Assembly (NCBI RefSeq): GCF_009914755.1
Contig: NC_060927.1
Reading direction: 5' to 3' (one strand)
DNA length: 64,000 bases
Source: the human T2T-CHM13v2.0 reference genome, Homo sapiens
Position numbers and translations under genes: made by a program. The notes under the pieces were generated by a model. The model did not search any database. It was not told where the DNA came from and saw only the letters and a program-made list of their open reading frames with translations. Of this stretch, positions 13,216 to 27,995 are shown in pieces (within the stretch, counting starts at the first letter, position 1; each line of letters starts with the position of its first letter).

Positions 13216-15879
13216 CTGAAACAGAAAAGGAAAGCTGGTCAACTCCTACACACAAAAGATTTTCTCTGGGGGAGGGAAAAAAGAGGAGGAGGATGTGCAA
13301 GAACAAAATAGATTATAAAAACCTCTAAAAACCATAGAAATCCTAAACATACTCTAATCAACGTTCCTTGATTAAATTCAGCAAATATCAGTGGCCAGTA
13401 TCTCCAAGGCTGATTTTTCATTAAATATTAGAAGGATTTAATATTCCACCTCCCAGGTTCAAGCAATTCTCCTGCCTCAGTCTCCCGAGTAGCTGGGATT
13501 ACAGGTGTGCACCAGCACGCCCGGCTAATTTTTGCATTTTTAGTAGAGACAGGGCTTCGCCATGTTGGCCAGGCTCATCTTGAACTCCTGACCTGAGGTG
13601 ATCCTCTCGCCTCGGCCTCCCAAAGTGCTGGGATTACAGGCGTGAGCCACCGTGCCAAGCCTGGTATTAGTTTTTCATATATAATGAAAACCACATTCTT
13701 TTTCTCAAAAGAAAGCAATGTACACAACAAACATACTCTTTCAAGGGAAGCTAGCAAAGTTACTCTCAGCTGAGACCCTTCCAAAGATTGGGATTCTTGT
13801 TCCACTGAGGCTCAAAACTTTTTTTAAAAAGCCAGGGTGGGGAGGTGGATTCTGGGGGAAGCTCACTCTTACTCCACAAGGAGTTAGGCTAAATTGACTA
13901 GAAGTTGGATTTGAAAAAGGTAAGCAGCCTATATACTTTATCCAAGCCTAAAATCACAGAAAGCTGGAAAGACCACAAATCCAAGTTCAAAACCTACATT
14001 TTACATATAAGAAAACACATCTGAACAGGTAGAGAGACTTGGCAGGGTCACTTGGCAGAACCAGTAGGTGGCAGAAATAGAACCAGAAACCATCATATAT
14101 GGATCTCAGCCCTCAGCTCTTTCACCACAAAACACTGCCTTATGGGTAAATTTGGAAATCGGTCACATTCTCCTCATGGGAGAAAGCAAAGGCTATCTTT
14201 AGAATTTATTAGAAACTGTTTGGAAAATAGTTTAAATTGCAGAGGGCTCTATGAGACCTAAACCCCAATCTAAAATTCATCGCTTGGAATAGAACAGTAT
14301 AATAGAATAATATAAAACCACTTGGCCCCCATATCCTAAAAAAGGACATTTTTTGGGGGGAAGTCCTACTATATTCTCTTTGTGTAACTACAGTATAGAC
14401 AAGATACTTGTTCCACACAACTATTACTAGAATGCTCCCACTCAATTATATAAAAAGATAAAATTATATATCTAATTATATAATTAGATAAAAAGAATCA
14501 AACCAAGCTGTTCCCCTGCTCCCAAAACATAATTCGGAATTTAACAAGAAAGCCTAGTTCTGGTTCCCAAAACTAGCTAGTCTTCAGAATTACCTGGAGA
14601 GTGATTCTGACTCTGGAAAGAAGAATGAAGATCCACCCCTAATCCCCGACCCACGATTGACTGAGCATGTTTTGGAGGGGAATGTGAGAAGTCCAGGAAT
14701 GTGTGTTTTTAAGTACAGCAGGATAACTGCCAGGTGGGCAAAACACTGGCAAAAAATAATGTGGATTTCAATAGAAATCGGCAGCTGTAATTTCATTATC
14801 CAACTAAGCTGTTCTTTGTTTTTAAAGCAAAGCACAATTTATTTTTATTAACCACAATTATATTCCTATGTAGCAGAATATTTTCCTTAATGTTATGGTA
14901 ATTTTCTTCCCTGTATCAATTAAATATCCCATATTTTATTCTGTGCTAATTTCTATAGTTGGATCAATTTATTCTAGAAAGAATTTTCCTATTGTTCCTG
15001 GAGTCTAAATACTCAAGAGAACTATGAATAATTTGAGACCCACAAATAATTTGAATAAAGCAACAATTAGTCTACTTTAAAAATGCTGACTTATATGTGA
15101 TTAAATTAACAGGAATCAAAATTTACCCTGCTTCTAAAGTAAAAAATGATTAGGCACAACAATTGTGCTAATTCTTTTATAATAAAAACTCAAAAATTCT
15201 TACTTGACACAATCATACACAGCTCACTACAACCTCAAACTCCTGGGCTCAAGTAATCCTCCTGCCCAAGCCTCCTGAGTAACTAGGACTGCAGGTGCAC
15301 ACCACCAAGCCCAGCTAATTTTTACATTTTTTTTTGTAGAGGTGGGGTTTTGCTACATATAGCCCAGGTAGGTCTTGAACTCCTGGTCGCAAGTGATCTT
15401 CCCACCCAGCCAATTCTGACCTTTACTGTTCCCTGTAAGTATTACAGTGTTCATACAGGAACAAACCATTTAATAGAAGTAGCAGTAACTGGTATATTAT
15501 TGTATTATCAGGACTAATCATAATGATAAAGTCAAAATAATAAAATTTATAGCTTATACATGATCTCCTCACAATAGTGGCAGGACAATTATGTTGAAAG
15601 TGATTTGAGGTCTGAATGAGATAAACTGTGCCTAAGGCAGCAGGTGTCTACATGATGAGAGAGAGCATAGTTGTCTCTGATAAGCTTTCAATAAAGAATA
15701 TTTATTCTAGGGTTTATCAACCAAAAACACATTTGGTTACTAATGTATAAACAGAATACCAATGCTGTGAGCACCAACTAAGTAAGTCTAACATTAGCCT
15801 TTGGTTGGAATTGATTTAAAAAAAAAACTTTTTAATGCCCTTGGCCTCAAAATCTAACTTAACATTTTTTGTTTGTTTT

Positions 15880-16037
15880 TAAGGTGGATTCTTATTATGT
15901 TGCCCCAGTTGGAGTGCAATGGCTATTCACAGGCACAATTGTAGCTCCCTACAGCCTAGAACTTCTGGGCTCCAGTGATCCTCCTGCCTTAGCCTCTGGA
16001 GTAGCTGGGACAACAGACATACACCGTCATGCCTGGC
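15880..16037 (-). mobile_element. FAM (fossil Alu monomer)
   Basis: Monomer containing the 7SL-derived ggctattcacaggc segment that dimeric Alus lack. Confidence 0.7.
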
Positions 16038-16277
16038 CTAACTTCAGAAATTCATTTCACCTATCATCAATACCACATACAACATTTTTTTTACTTCTAT
16101 ATACTCTACTGCCAAAAAAAATTTTAAAAAGAAAGAAAGAAAAAGAAAACATGGAAACAAGTGACAAGAAATATAAATTTAACTTAGCAACTATTTCATT
16201 TTTGGTAGTCTGCTGTCTGACAGTTTTAGCAATCCTGTTAATTACAAGAAAGCAAAGGCATGAAGAAAAATACCTAC

Positions 16278-16337
16278 TCTTCCCCTCAAACAAAATCGTC
16301 TGGACCACGCCCTGGGAGAAGCACTCAGGTTGTTATT
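16278..16337 (-). CDS. RAF1: RAF1 alternative 60-nt in-frame exon (668-aa isoform)
   Basis: ctttggacTAG|AATAAC...GGAAGA|GTAGGT; phase 0-0; encodes NNNLSASPRAWSRRFCLRGR, matching my recollection of the 20-aa insert in the longer isoform. Confidence 0.9.
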
Positions 16338-16935
16338 CTAGTCCAAAGCAATGAGAAATAAAGAAGAATAAAGAACAAAGGAAGTATTTAAGTGTATTCA
16401 GTTGTTATTAAAGATGAAGCAGAAAGCAAATTAAACCAATAGGACATAACCAAAAAGCCAAGAGAAGAAAAAGCAGTTCAAAAACACTAGCTTTGGGCAC
16501 TTTGACATCTCCCCAAACACCTGCTTATTAAAGTCCTAGGACTCCACCCTTTTATTTCTAAATAAAATCACAAAAGTCTTCCAGAGAATCTGTAGTTCTC
16601 CATCACTGTTAATTTCTGTCCCACACCAAAACTAAACTGCTCTTTAAATATCTTAGACACTTGTTCATTAATAGCCTATTCAAATCTGATAATGGGAAGA
16701 GTTCAAATGTTAACATTTTTTCAGGAAGTTTTAGTTCTCCAGTTGAATGATATACTAACCAGACTATTCAGCCAGTCTGAAGATATTATGGATATAAAAT
16801 AAACTGTAAAAGTCCAGAGACCTGAGAAAGTGTTGCAACATTCCTTGATCAGATTTGAAACCCAAAACTCTGAAATAAGTATCAACCTCACCCCATTAAT
16901 TGACTGACATTACCACCCCCAAGGTGCCCTATTAC

Positions 16936-17089
16936 CTCAATCATCCTGCTGTCCACAGGCAGGGTGGTGCTGACCATGTGGACATTAGGTGTGGATGTCG
17001 ACCTCTGCCTCTGGGAGAGGGAACCTTCAGATGAGGGACTGGAGGTGTTAAAGGTGAAGGCGTGAGGTGTAGAATATCTGTGCTGAGAA
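16936..17089 (-). CDS. RAF1: RAF1 exon 7 (CR2; RSTS259TP 14-3-3 site)
   Basis: [51 protein letters not shown]; ctAG| acceptor, |GTAATA donor; 154 nt; S259 codon at 16993-16995. Confidence 0.99.
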
Positions 17090-18048
17090 CTAGGAGGAGA
17101 AAGAAAATTCCATGATTGGCACTTAGGCTTTCATACTGGTGAAGTCTTTCAAGTACATATTTGACTAAGTAAGATGCTTAAGGGCAAACTCTACCTGTAC
17201 AACCTTTGACAAAATGTTTGATTCTTTCAAATGTGTGACATCTAAAAATTATCTTAAGTCTAGGTGCTTTTGCATACAAAATTTGGAACAGGAAATAATA
17301 TATGTATTGGGAATTCAATGAAAAGGAGAGTGCATTATAAGTTTTCTTTTTTTAAATAAAGCACCACTCTACTCCAAATTTTTACAACATCTCCAGGAAA
17401 GAACAGATTAACATTTGACAACCACGCTACCACCTATTAAGCTAGTTGGAACACGCCCAGTTTAGAGACTAAATTTGAGAATTTATTTAAACAGATAAGT
17501 AGACGTGCTGAGCATGTCTGTAAAAAGGCCAGGATTTTACCCTCTGTTTGTCCTTACCTGCTACAACCAGCAAACAAAGTAAATAAATGGGAATTCAGTT
17601 TTTAGATGGAAATACCTAAATGTGAAATTAACCACTGGCCTCTTCCAGTCACCACCAACCCCCACCAACCAAACTGGGAACATGCATTAAGAGGTATAAC
17701 ATTTTCATTATTTGCTCTAAAGATTCGTTCGAGGTTTGTTCAGATTCAGGTAACACCCATGTATGAATTAAAGGGAAAAAGGCCAGCTTTTCTAAGGGAA
17801 ATTGTTCTATTGTCTTGAAAAAAATGCCTTCCCACATAATCCTCTGTTTTATGGCTTCAGAGGCCTGGTTTCTTCTAATCTTCAGAGGTAACTACAAATT
17901 CTTGGTCAGATTTGCTTTTCAAATTATCAAGAAAAATAAAAGCCATACAGAAATATATATCCAGATATATGCAAATTCCTTATTCTAAGATATGCTGCGT
18001 TTAATATTTCCATAGTATTTTCACATTAAACATTATCTGATTACACAT

Positions 18049-18050
<2 letters not shown>

Positions 18051-18083
<33 letters not shown>
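18051..18083. repeat. (TG)n microsatellite at an Alu tail
   Basis: About 16 TG units read directly. Confidence 0.95.
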
Positions 18084-18086
<3 letters not shown>

Positions 18087-19000
18087 CATAATATATTTTT
18101 TTTTGGAGACAGAGTCTTGCTCTGTCACCAAGGCTGGAGTGCAGTGGTGCCATCTCAGCTCACTGCCTACCACGTTCAAGATTCTCCTGCTTCAGCCTCC
18201 CAAGTACCTGGGCCAAAAGGCACATATCACCACACCCACCCAGTTTTTTGTATTTTTAGTAGAGATGGGGTTTCACCATGTTGGCCAGGCTAGTCTGGAA
18301 CTCCTGACCTCAAGTGGTCCATCTGCCTCGGCCTCCCAAAGTGCTGGGATTACAGGTGTGAGCTACCGTGCCTGGCCTAAAGTAAGATATTTTGGATGTA
18401 GATTTTACTTTAGGTTTCAAATTCATGTGTGTTAACACTGAGCAGTAGATAAACGCAACAAAACTGATTATAAAGCTGGAAAACAGAGTAAAGAAAGACA
18501 AGTTATATGCAAACTCAGAGACACATGAGAAACAATATTTATGCTGAAAATCTAATTAAATGTTTTTAAAGACACTAGTCTATTTAAATACATGGTTTTA
18601 GCAAATGCATCGGCCACAACATGCATTTCAAAGTTAAGGGTTTTATTTTTATCAAATCACTGTATTAAGTTTTAGGACCCTTTCCATTGAGGTTGAACTC
18701 AGTACATACTGAGGAAAGCAGAATCTCAAGCTCTTTAAAATGTAATGACATATTAAGAAATATGCTATGATAACAGAAGAAGCTACAGTCAAAGTCACTT
18801 TCCAGAATGTAAGACCTACAGGTCCATAAACAGAAATTTCTACCTTTTCTGTACCACCAGTATCAAGTTCCACAGAAGCAGCAAGGGGTTTCCACGTAGA
18901 GAGGAGGGAATGCGAAGAAACTCTTATTTTTTGTCTTCAAGCTTCCAACCCCACCACCCCAAATAACTTTCTAAAAGAAAAGCTATAGGTAAAAAATTAC

Positions 19001-19099
19001 CTAACAGGCATCCTGGAAACAGACTCTCGCATACGACGCATAGTCAAAGAAGGTAGTGCTGGGACTCCACTATCACCAATAGTGGAATTTGGAAACAAT
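19001..19099 (-). CDS. RAF1: RAF1 exon 6 (linker)
   Basis: [32 protein letters not shown]; tttAG| acceptor, |GTAATT donor; 99 nt, symmetric phase 2-2. Confidence 0.98.
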
Positions 19100-19283
19100 C
19101 TAAACAAAAGCAGGGAAAGACTGGTTTTTAGGCTTGCAGTAATCTTACAGAGACAATCAGCATGCCTTGCTTTTGCAAACTCAGAGCTACTAAAACTGAA
19201 CTTTTCCCAGTCACATTTTCCTCAACTGTTTTACATTACCTAGAATAAAGGGAACAATATTCCAAATAACTGGATTTGAATGA

Positions 19284-19803
<520 letters not shown>

Positions 19804-20533
19804 TAGGAAATACTGGTCCTGTGTCTAGCTATATCAAAATAATATTTTTCAAACTACAGTATAACATTTCACAAACTATGTCACACACAGCTTCTCTGGA
19901 AACATTCCATCTTGAAAATGCATAGATAAAAGACTAAAATAGAAGGAATAAATCACAGAAAAGTGAGTAATTAGGCACCTTTTTTCCATGAGGTGGGCAC
20001 TTGTGCTTAGTAATTTCACAGGTTATGTCAGCAAGCCTCATAAGAACAATGCAAGGAAGGTAATATCCCCTTTATTCAGATGCATGAACGAAAACTCAGA
20101 TGTGGTTATGGTTAATGACAACACTGAGATTTTGACATATGTCTGTTAGACTCAAAAGCTTGTGCCGCCGGATGCGGTGGCTCACACCTGTAACCACAAC
20201 ACTTTGGAAGGCCAAGGCGGACAGATTGCTTGAGCTCAGGAGTTCGAGACCAGCCTGGGCAACATGCTGAAACCCCGTCTCTAGAAAAAATACAAAAATT
20301 AGCTAGGCATGATGGCATACACTTGTAGTCCCAGCTACTCAGGAGGCTGAGGTAGGAGGATTACTTGAACCCGAGAGGTCGAGGCTACAGTGAGCTGTGA
20401 TCATGCCACTGCACTCCACTGTGGGAGACAGAGCGAGACCCTGTCTTTAAAAAATAATAATAAAAAAAAAGGCTGGGCGTGGTGGCTCATGCCTGTAATC
20501 CCAGCACTTTGGGAGGCCGAGGTGGGCAGATCA

Positions 20534-20800
<267 letters not shown>

Positions 20801-21564
20801 TTAAAAGCTTGTGCCATTTGTGCTACTCAAGCTCTCATCACAAAATCAATACGTAAGTGACCATGAAAGCAAAAACATTTTCATCATGGTCTAATAATAA
20901 CACTCCCTTGGTTTCTCTAGTACTGTCAAAAAAGGACAAAACTTTTAAACTTTTCATATACCTAGTTACAGTTTTTAAAAGGCAGTTTGGACCATGTACT
21001 TTTAATGTAAACTTTAAATTCTTTAATAACATTTTATCTATATGAAATATATTGTCTCCTGAAAGAAACAAGAATCTTTCAAGATTTTATATTCAAACAA
21101 TTTTAAGTCCAAACAACTAAGTTTTCTCCAGTTTGAAGTGAAGAAAATAGCATCAACGGTGCTTTCTGCTCCTTCTCAATGTCAAAGGCTCATTCAGCAT
21201 ATTCAACAAAATACAGAGCAGTGTCTACTAGCAACCCCAGTAGATAATACTATTAAGAGCGAAAAGCAAAAAATCTTCTTGTTTTCATATCCTTTTGCTC
21301 CTTTCCTTACTGAATCACAGTCACAGTATGTCAATCTCAATTTGACAGATAACAAGTCCTACTCCTACCTGCTCATTCTGGAGTATGAATGCCACCAAAC
21401 CTAGCTAGTTTCAGAATTATCACTGTTTCTAAAGTAGTTTCTGGATCACAATTCATTAAATGAGTCTAGAATCCAGACCTGTCAGTCAAAATCTACAACA
21501 AATACCCTTTAAAGTATGTATACTCCTCATCCCTATCTTCCTTGGATAAAAGAACAATGCCTTA

Positions 21565-21723
<159 letters not shown>

Positions 21724-21999
21724 CTACAACAAGAACACAGGTGTAAATTATGCTGAATAAATAAAAGATGACAAAAGACAACATCATTTCTTGGCCTCCA
21801 AAAAAGTTTTTACAAAATGAATCATACTTCCAGCATGTACAGAATTCATAATCACAAATTAGAGTATATCTCTGACTAATGAAATCTAAATTGCCTTACT
21901 GTAAACAACAGCATAAAGAACTTTAAACAATCCAACTATATATATATATACATACGCATATTACCTGAGAAATCTCTGTTATGCCTGGCAAAGCCCTCA

Positions 22000-22146
<147 letters not shown>

Positions 22147-22189
22147 TTAAAAAAAACATGAAATGTTTAAACAAGATCAAAGTTCAATA

Positions 22190-22410
22190 GAAATAACAAC
22201 AGCTACCATTTATCACATGCCATATAAACACAACTTTATTTAATCCATACAACAATAATTTATTTAATTCATACAACAAACCTATGAAGTAGGTATTATT
22301 TCTATCTGAAAAATAAGAAAACTGGGACTCTAAGAAGGTAATTTGCTCAAGGCCACACAGCAAGTTTAAGGGCCTATGTTGGAATCTAGGTCTGTTGAAC
22401 TCCAAAGCCC
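22190..22410. mobile_element. MIR relic (similar copies at about 5220-5410, 28885-29050, 33860-34060, 49690-49850)
   Basis: MIR core-like aagaaaactgggactctaagaaggtaatttgctcaaggccacacagc. Confidence 0.6.
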
Positions 22411-24039
22411 ATGTTCTCAGAATAAAGTTTTCTCTTTATTTACTTAAAAAAATGTTTTTTGGTAGAGAGAGAGTCTTGCTGTGTTGCCCAGGCTGGTCTT
22501 GAATCCCTGGCCTCAAGCGGTCCTCCTGCCTCAGCCTCCCAAAGTGCTGGGATTACAGGTGTGAACCACCATGTCTGGCCAGAATAAAGTTTTCTTTAAA
22601 CAATGATATATAAAATCTCACAATAAAGTCAATATACGTTAAATTGGAATTTGTAACACTAAAATCTTACAAAAATCCCCAAATCCTGTAAAATGGATTA
22701 TAAATATTGCTGCAGTACAAAATTTAGTCTTCAGTAGCCTATTTCAATCTAGATAAATAGAAAGGAACCACAAATGAAAAATGTACTTTTCTATTAATTA
22801 ATAACAGACTCAAATCTGTAGTTGTAGGGTCTATAAGTCAATGAGAAACTTAACTGTCTTAAAATCTACTCTGAAACCACACTTTCTGTGCCTACAGTAT
22901 AAATAAGACAAAAAATAGATACATAAGTAAAAAGTAATGCCCAATTCCTTTCTTATGTTTTATCCAGTTAATCTGGCCCATTTTCCAAAGGAAGAATATT
23001 CTCAGGTAAAGAGAAAATAACATGTATAGCACCATTCAAGCCTCTCCATTATCTACCAGAAGCCTAGTCAAGCCATTTTTCTCACTATCCAACAGTAAAC
23101 AATACATTCCTTAATATAATTACCTATACAGCACCTGGAAAACTTCCTATAACTCCAAAGGACTATTTTGCCCTTATGAAGAGAAGGAGGACAAGCCTTA
23201 TTTTCTCATCAATCTGCAGACTGATCCTAGTGACAATCTGCTGTCTGTCCTAGAGACTCCAGAGTAGCTCCAAACCAGTGCAGCCTTGGATGAGAGTAGA
23301 CCAAGCCCTCCCTGTCTCAGAATCTCTCTAGTCCTTAAGGAACACTATGGATTGGCTTAGGGACCCAACCTGGGCTACCTTCAGCAAAAGTTAACGTCTG
23401 CTTCAAAGATTTGCACTTCAACAAACGCCTCCTAAATTGAGAATTACACTCACCCCTTCGAGTAGATTCATTCCCTGGGCTATTCTCCCAAACTGCAGAA
23501 CTCTTTGAAACATGAAAAAATGTAAGCTAACGATGAATAACATAAGTGACGCTTTCCAAGAAGAGGGTAAAAAAGAACCCTTTAAAGGTTTCCCTATATT
23601 TTCGGGGTGGAGGGAATAATGGATAATGGATAATTATGGACAGCTCTGCTGCTTTGAGGTATTACTCCTAGCCTTTGAGGGGATGCCTCTATCTTGCCAC
23701 CACCATTAGGAATAGGATAAACCATGAATCTTCCCTGAAGCAGAAATGCTTCTGCATCTTTAAACAATCTATCAAACAGCAGGGATTAGTACACATTTAA
23801 CTGAATAAAAAAAAAAATTAGTGAATGAGAAAAGTCAATCTCCCGAGGATAGCATTCTTTATATAAAATAATGCACTTTCTGAGTGCCCAGTCTATATAA
23901 TGCATTAGAGTAAACACAAAGAAAAATCTTTGTCTCAAAAAAACACAGCATCTAACATCACTGTTTCCATCCATGGAAACATTATCAATACCTAACATGT
24001 GTTTGTTTTTGTTTTTTTGTTTTTTGGCTTTTTTTAATA

Positions 24040-24552
<513 letters not shown>

Positions 24553-24748
24553 TTAACTTTTCAAGAGAATGTCCAAGCAATAATTTCAATTTCTTAATAC
24601 CTATTTTTCTGAATTATCTCTTTATAAAGAAAGGTATAGAAATATACAATATTCTATAGGAAGCTAGTACAATTTAATACAAACATAGCTATTTGAAGCT
24701 AGAAGATCCTTACTAGTCTGAAGAAGTCAATTGACTTTTGAGCTCTTA

Positions 24749-24862
<114 letters not shown>

Positions 24863-25156
24863 CTACAAACAAAGGACCACCTTTAGGACCAACACAGGCT
24901 GCAGCACCCCTTGGAAAGGTGGGCACAGAAATAAATGCACCAGTCTGTATTGCTTGTGATGGCCCACGCACACACACATATACGAAACAACCTGAATGTC
25001 CAGCAATAGGAAAGTACTTGAATGGAGTGTGAGACATCTGTATTATGTCACATTATGCAGCTATTATATTACTTATAATGACCTGGATGGAGAGGAGTCC
25101 ATGATATATTAATTGGGGGAAAATATCCTTCAGAATAATAGAGTAAGATTATTTTA

Positions 25157-25487
<331 letters not shown>

Positions 25488-27819
25488 TTATACAAGTGGA
25501 AAGATTTACACCTAGCTGTTCACATCAAGAGACAGTTAAGAAAGTGGTTAGAAAGTGGTTAAGAAAGATAAAATGATAAACTTTTCCTTTATACGTCTCT
25601 AATTTTGTGTGATTAGAATGTATACACATATATGTTCACTAGATTCATTAGAGAGGAAATAAGCCAATCTGATCTATAAACAAACGAGTTTTTATGATCA
25701 AAATTTGTACTTCAACCTCTTTCAACAAAAATGACTGATGATTCTAACAAAAATTCCATCTCACAAGTACTTAACACTAGTGAAGGCAAAGCAGGAAGTG
25801 GAAGATATAGAACTCCAGCCCTGCTGTAGGGACAAACACCAATCTTAGTTTAAATATATGTGCACACCATACCAAGCAGCCTTAGTGGCACATACTTCTC
25901 TATATTCCCCTGTACTCAATCCTCAAAAAGCTAGGCAGGTACTCAGAACCCTATTGGGAAGTGTGAGTGCCCAGGATACTCACAATTAATGGCAGCTGTA
26001 AAAAAATTTGAATGAAAATTTCAGAGTTTTGATAAAAGCCCTCCATGTTTAACTTCAAAGCCAAGAATTAATCAAAAGTAAGGTAACTAGAGTCAGTATG
26101 GCCAGCAAGGAGGGCAAAACAGAGATTTGCAGTGCTTGTGAACTGCCTACCAGGTTCCTCCTCTGATTGAAAGTGCTAACAGCTGACAGCAGCCAGCCAA
26201 CCGCTCCCCCACCCCGCCATCCCCCCCCACACCCCACCCCCAGAAGGTGGTGAGTGTATGCATATATCTACCTATGTGGGTACACGGGGAGGGGGAAGGA
26301 AGTAAAGCAGGGCTGCAAAAGGCCCAAAGTGTTCTTAATCTTGGCTCTTACTCCAGCCACCTCAATGCCAATCCAGCCAACCTTCTCTAGCTGGTTTACA
26401 ACAGAAAAAAGTCTTAAGAAAGAGGACATAGTTATCTGGGCCCTTCTAGTTACCAGGCTCCAAACTAGGGCATAGTATGTGGATGCAAAGCAGAGAAAAC
26501 AATCTAGGAAAGAAGGGAATGCATGTAAGCATAAGGAATTTGAAAACATCAGAGAGGGGCAACGTAAGAAGTTTTTCACAAGGCTTTATTTTGCTATCAC
26601 CAGGGACTGAAGGGGACTTATCTGCCCAGTAATCATTCTTTGAAGCCCAAAGATGGACTCCACATTGAGAGTACAGTATAGAAGAATTTGAACTTGTAAC
26701 AGATTAGTCGAGAAGGTGATGGGAGTGGGGAAGGAATATTCTCCAGGAGGATCAATCATCTGGGAGAAGGAAAAGATTCTCCAAACGAAAAAAGTTCCTT
26801 TGGAGTTTGTGATAGCCTCCTTAGCTACCGATGGTTTTTCCTCTCCTTCAGAGATGTGGAAGAAAGGAAAGGTCGTGAACAACAGGGTAAGGGGAAACCA
26901 ACTGATTCTTCGAATAGATAAAGATTGATCATAAGAAACCTCTGAGGAAAAGAAATGGGGATACAGGGGCAGGGGTCACCCAAGACTTTTGGCTCATATG
27001 AATGCTTTACCTATTTAAAAATAAATAAAATTAGCATTCTTTAAAAGTTTCTTGTACATACCAAAATAGTTCAGACAAATGATACCTGGGATTTGTGTCA
27101 AAACACTGGGAAAGGAGTGGATGAAAACAGATTAAGCAGGCCTGCCATGGTTAGCTAAGTGTTGAAAGTGGGTAAGGGGTACATCAGATTTGTTATTTTC
27201 TCTACGTGCGTGCGTGTGTGTGTGTGTGTATAAAATCTATATTATATATACTGAGACAGAGTCTTGCTCTGTCATCTAGGCTGGAATACAATGGCATGAT
27301 CATGACACATGTACCCTTGACCACCCCAGTTTAAGTGATCCCCCTGCCTCAGCCTCGGCTGGGACCACAGGTGGGCAGCACCACTTCTAGCTAATGTTTT
27401 TTTTTTTTGTAGAGACAAGATCTCACTATATTGCCCAGGCTGGTCTCAAACTCCTGGGCTCAAGCAATCCTTCCACCTCAGCCTCCCAAAGTGCTGGGAT
27501 TACAGGAAGAGCCTCTGCACCCAGCCTGTATATATTTTTTAATGTTCCAAAATAAGTTTATTTTAAAAGTTTCTTGACGCAGTGATACCCACCAACTTCC
27601 AGCTTTTCAGAAACAAAACAAGTAAGCTATACTGATGTGAACTACTAAGACACTAAGAATGAGGAAAACAAAGAGTAATAAACATACCTAACGGAATCAT
27701 GACCTGCATCAAATACTGTATAGCAATGTTTTCTAAGCTATAAAGTGATATCTGTTACATTATCAGTCTTCACTAAATCATACTGCAAGCTGGACAGTTC
27801 TTTAAATATCATCTAATCC

Positions 27820-27995
27820 AGTCAGATTCCCAAATGTAGCTGGCATTAGAATCCTCAGAGAAGCTTGAGAAAATATAGATTCCATCTACCTGTCCAACAC
27901 ATCCAAGGATTCTGATTCAGTTAGTATGGAATAAAGCCCATTCATACAGAATGAATCTGTATTTTAACCTGCTGGTCAGCTGACTCTAATAGTAG
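27820..27995. mobile_element. MER5-like hAT-Charlie relic
   Basis: cattagaatc...gattctgattcagt...aatctgtattttaac pattern typical of MER5A/B. Confidence 0.5.

Noticed and set aside
26586-26882. 98-aa minus-strand ORF as a separate gene or retrocopy
   Set aside because: Non-ATG start, no recognisable domain, no A-tail or TSD, and not in frame with exon 2 via the 26941 acceptor
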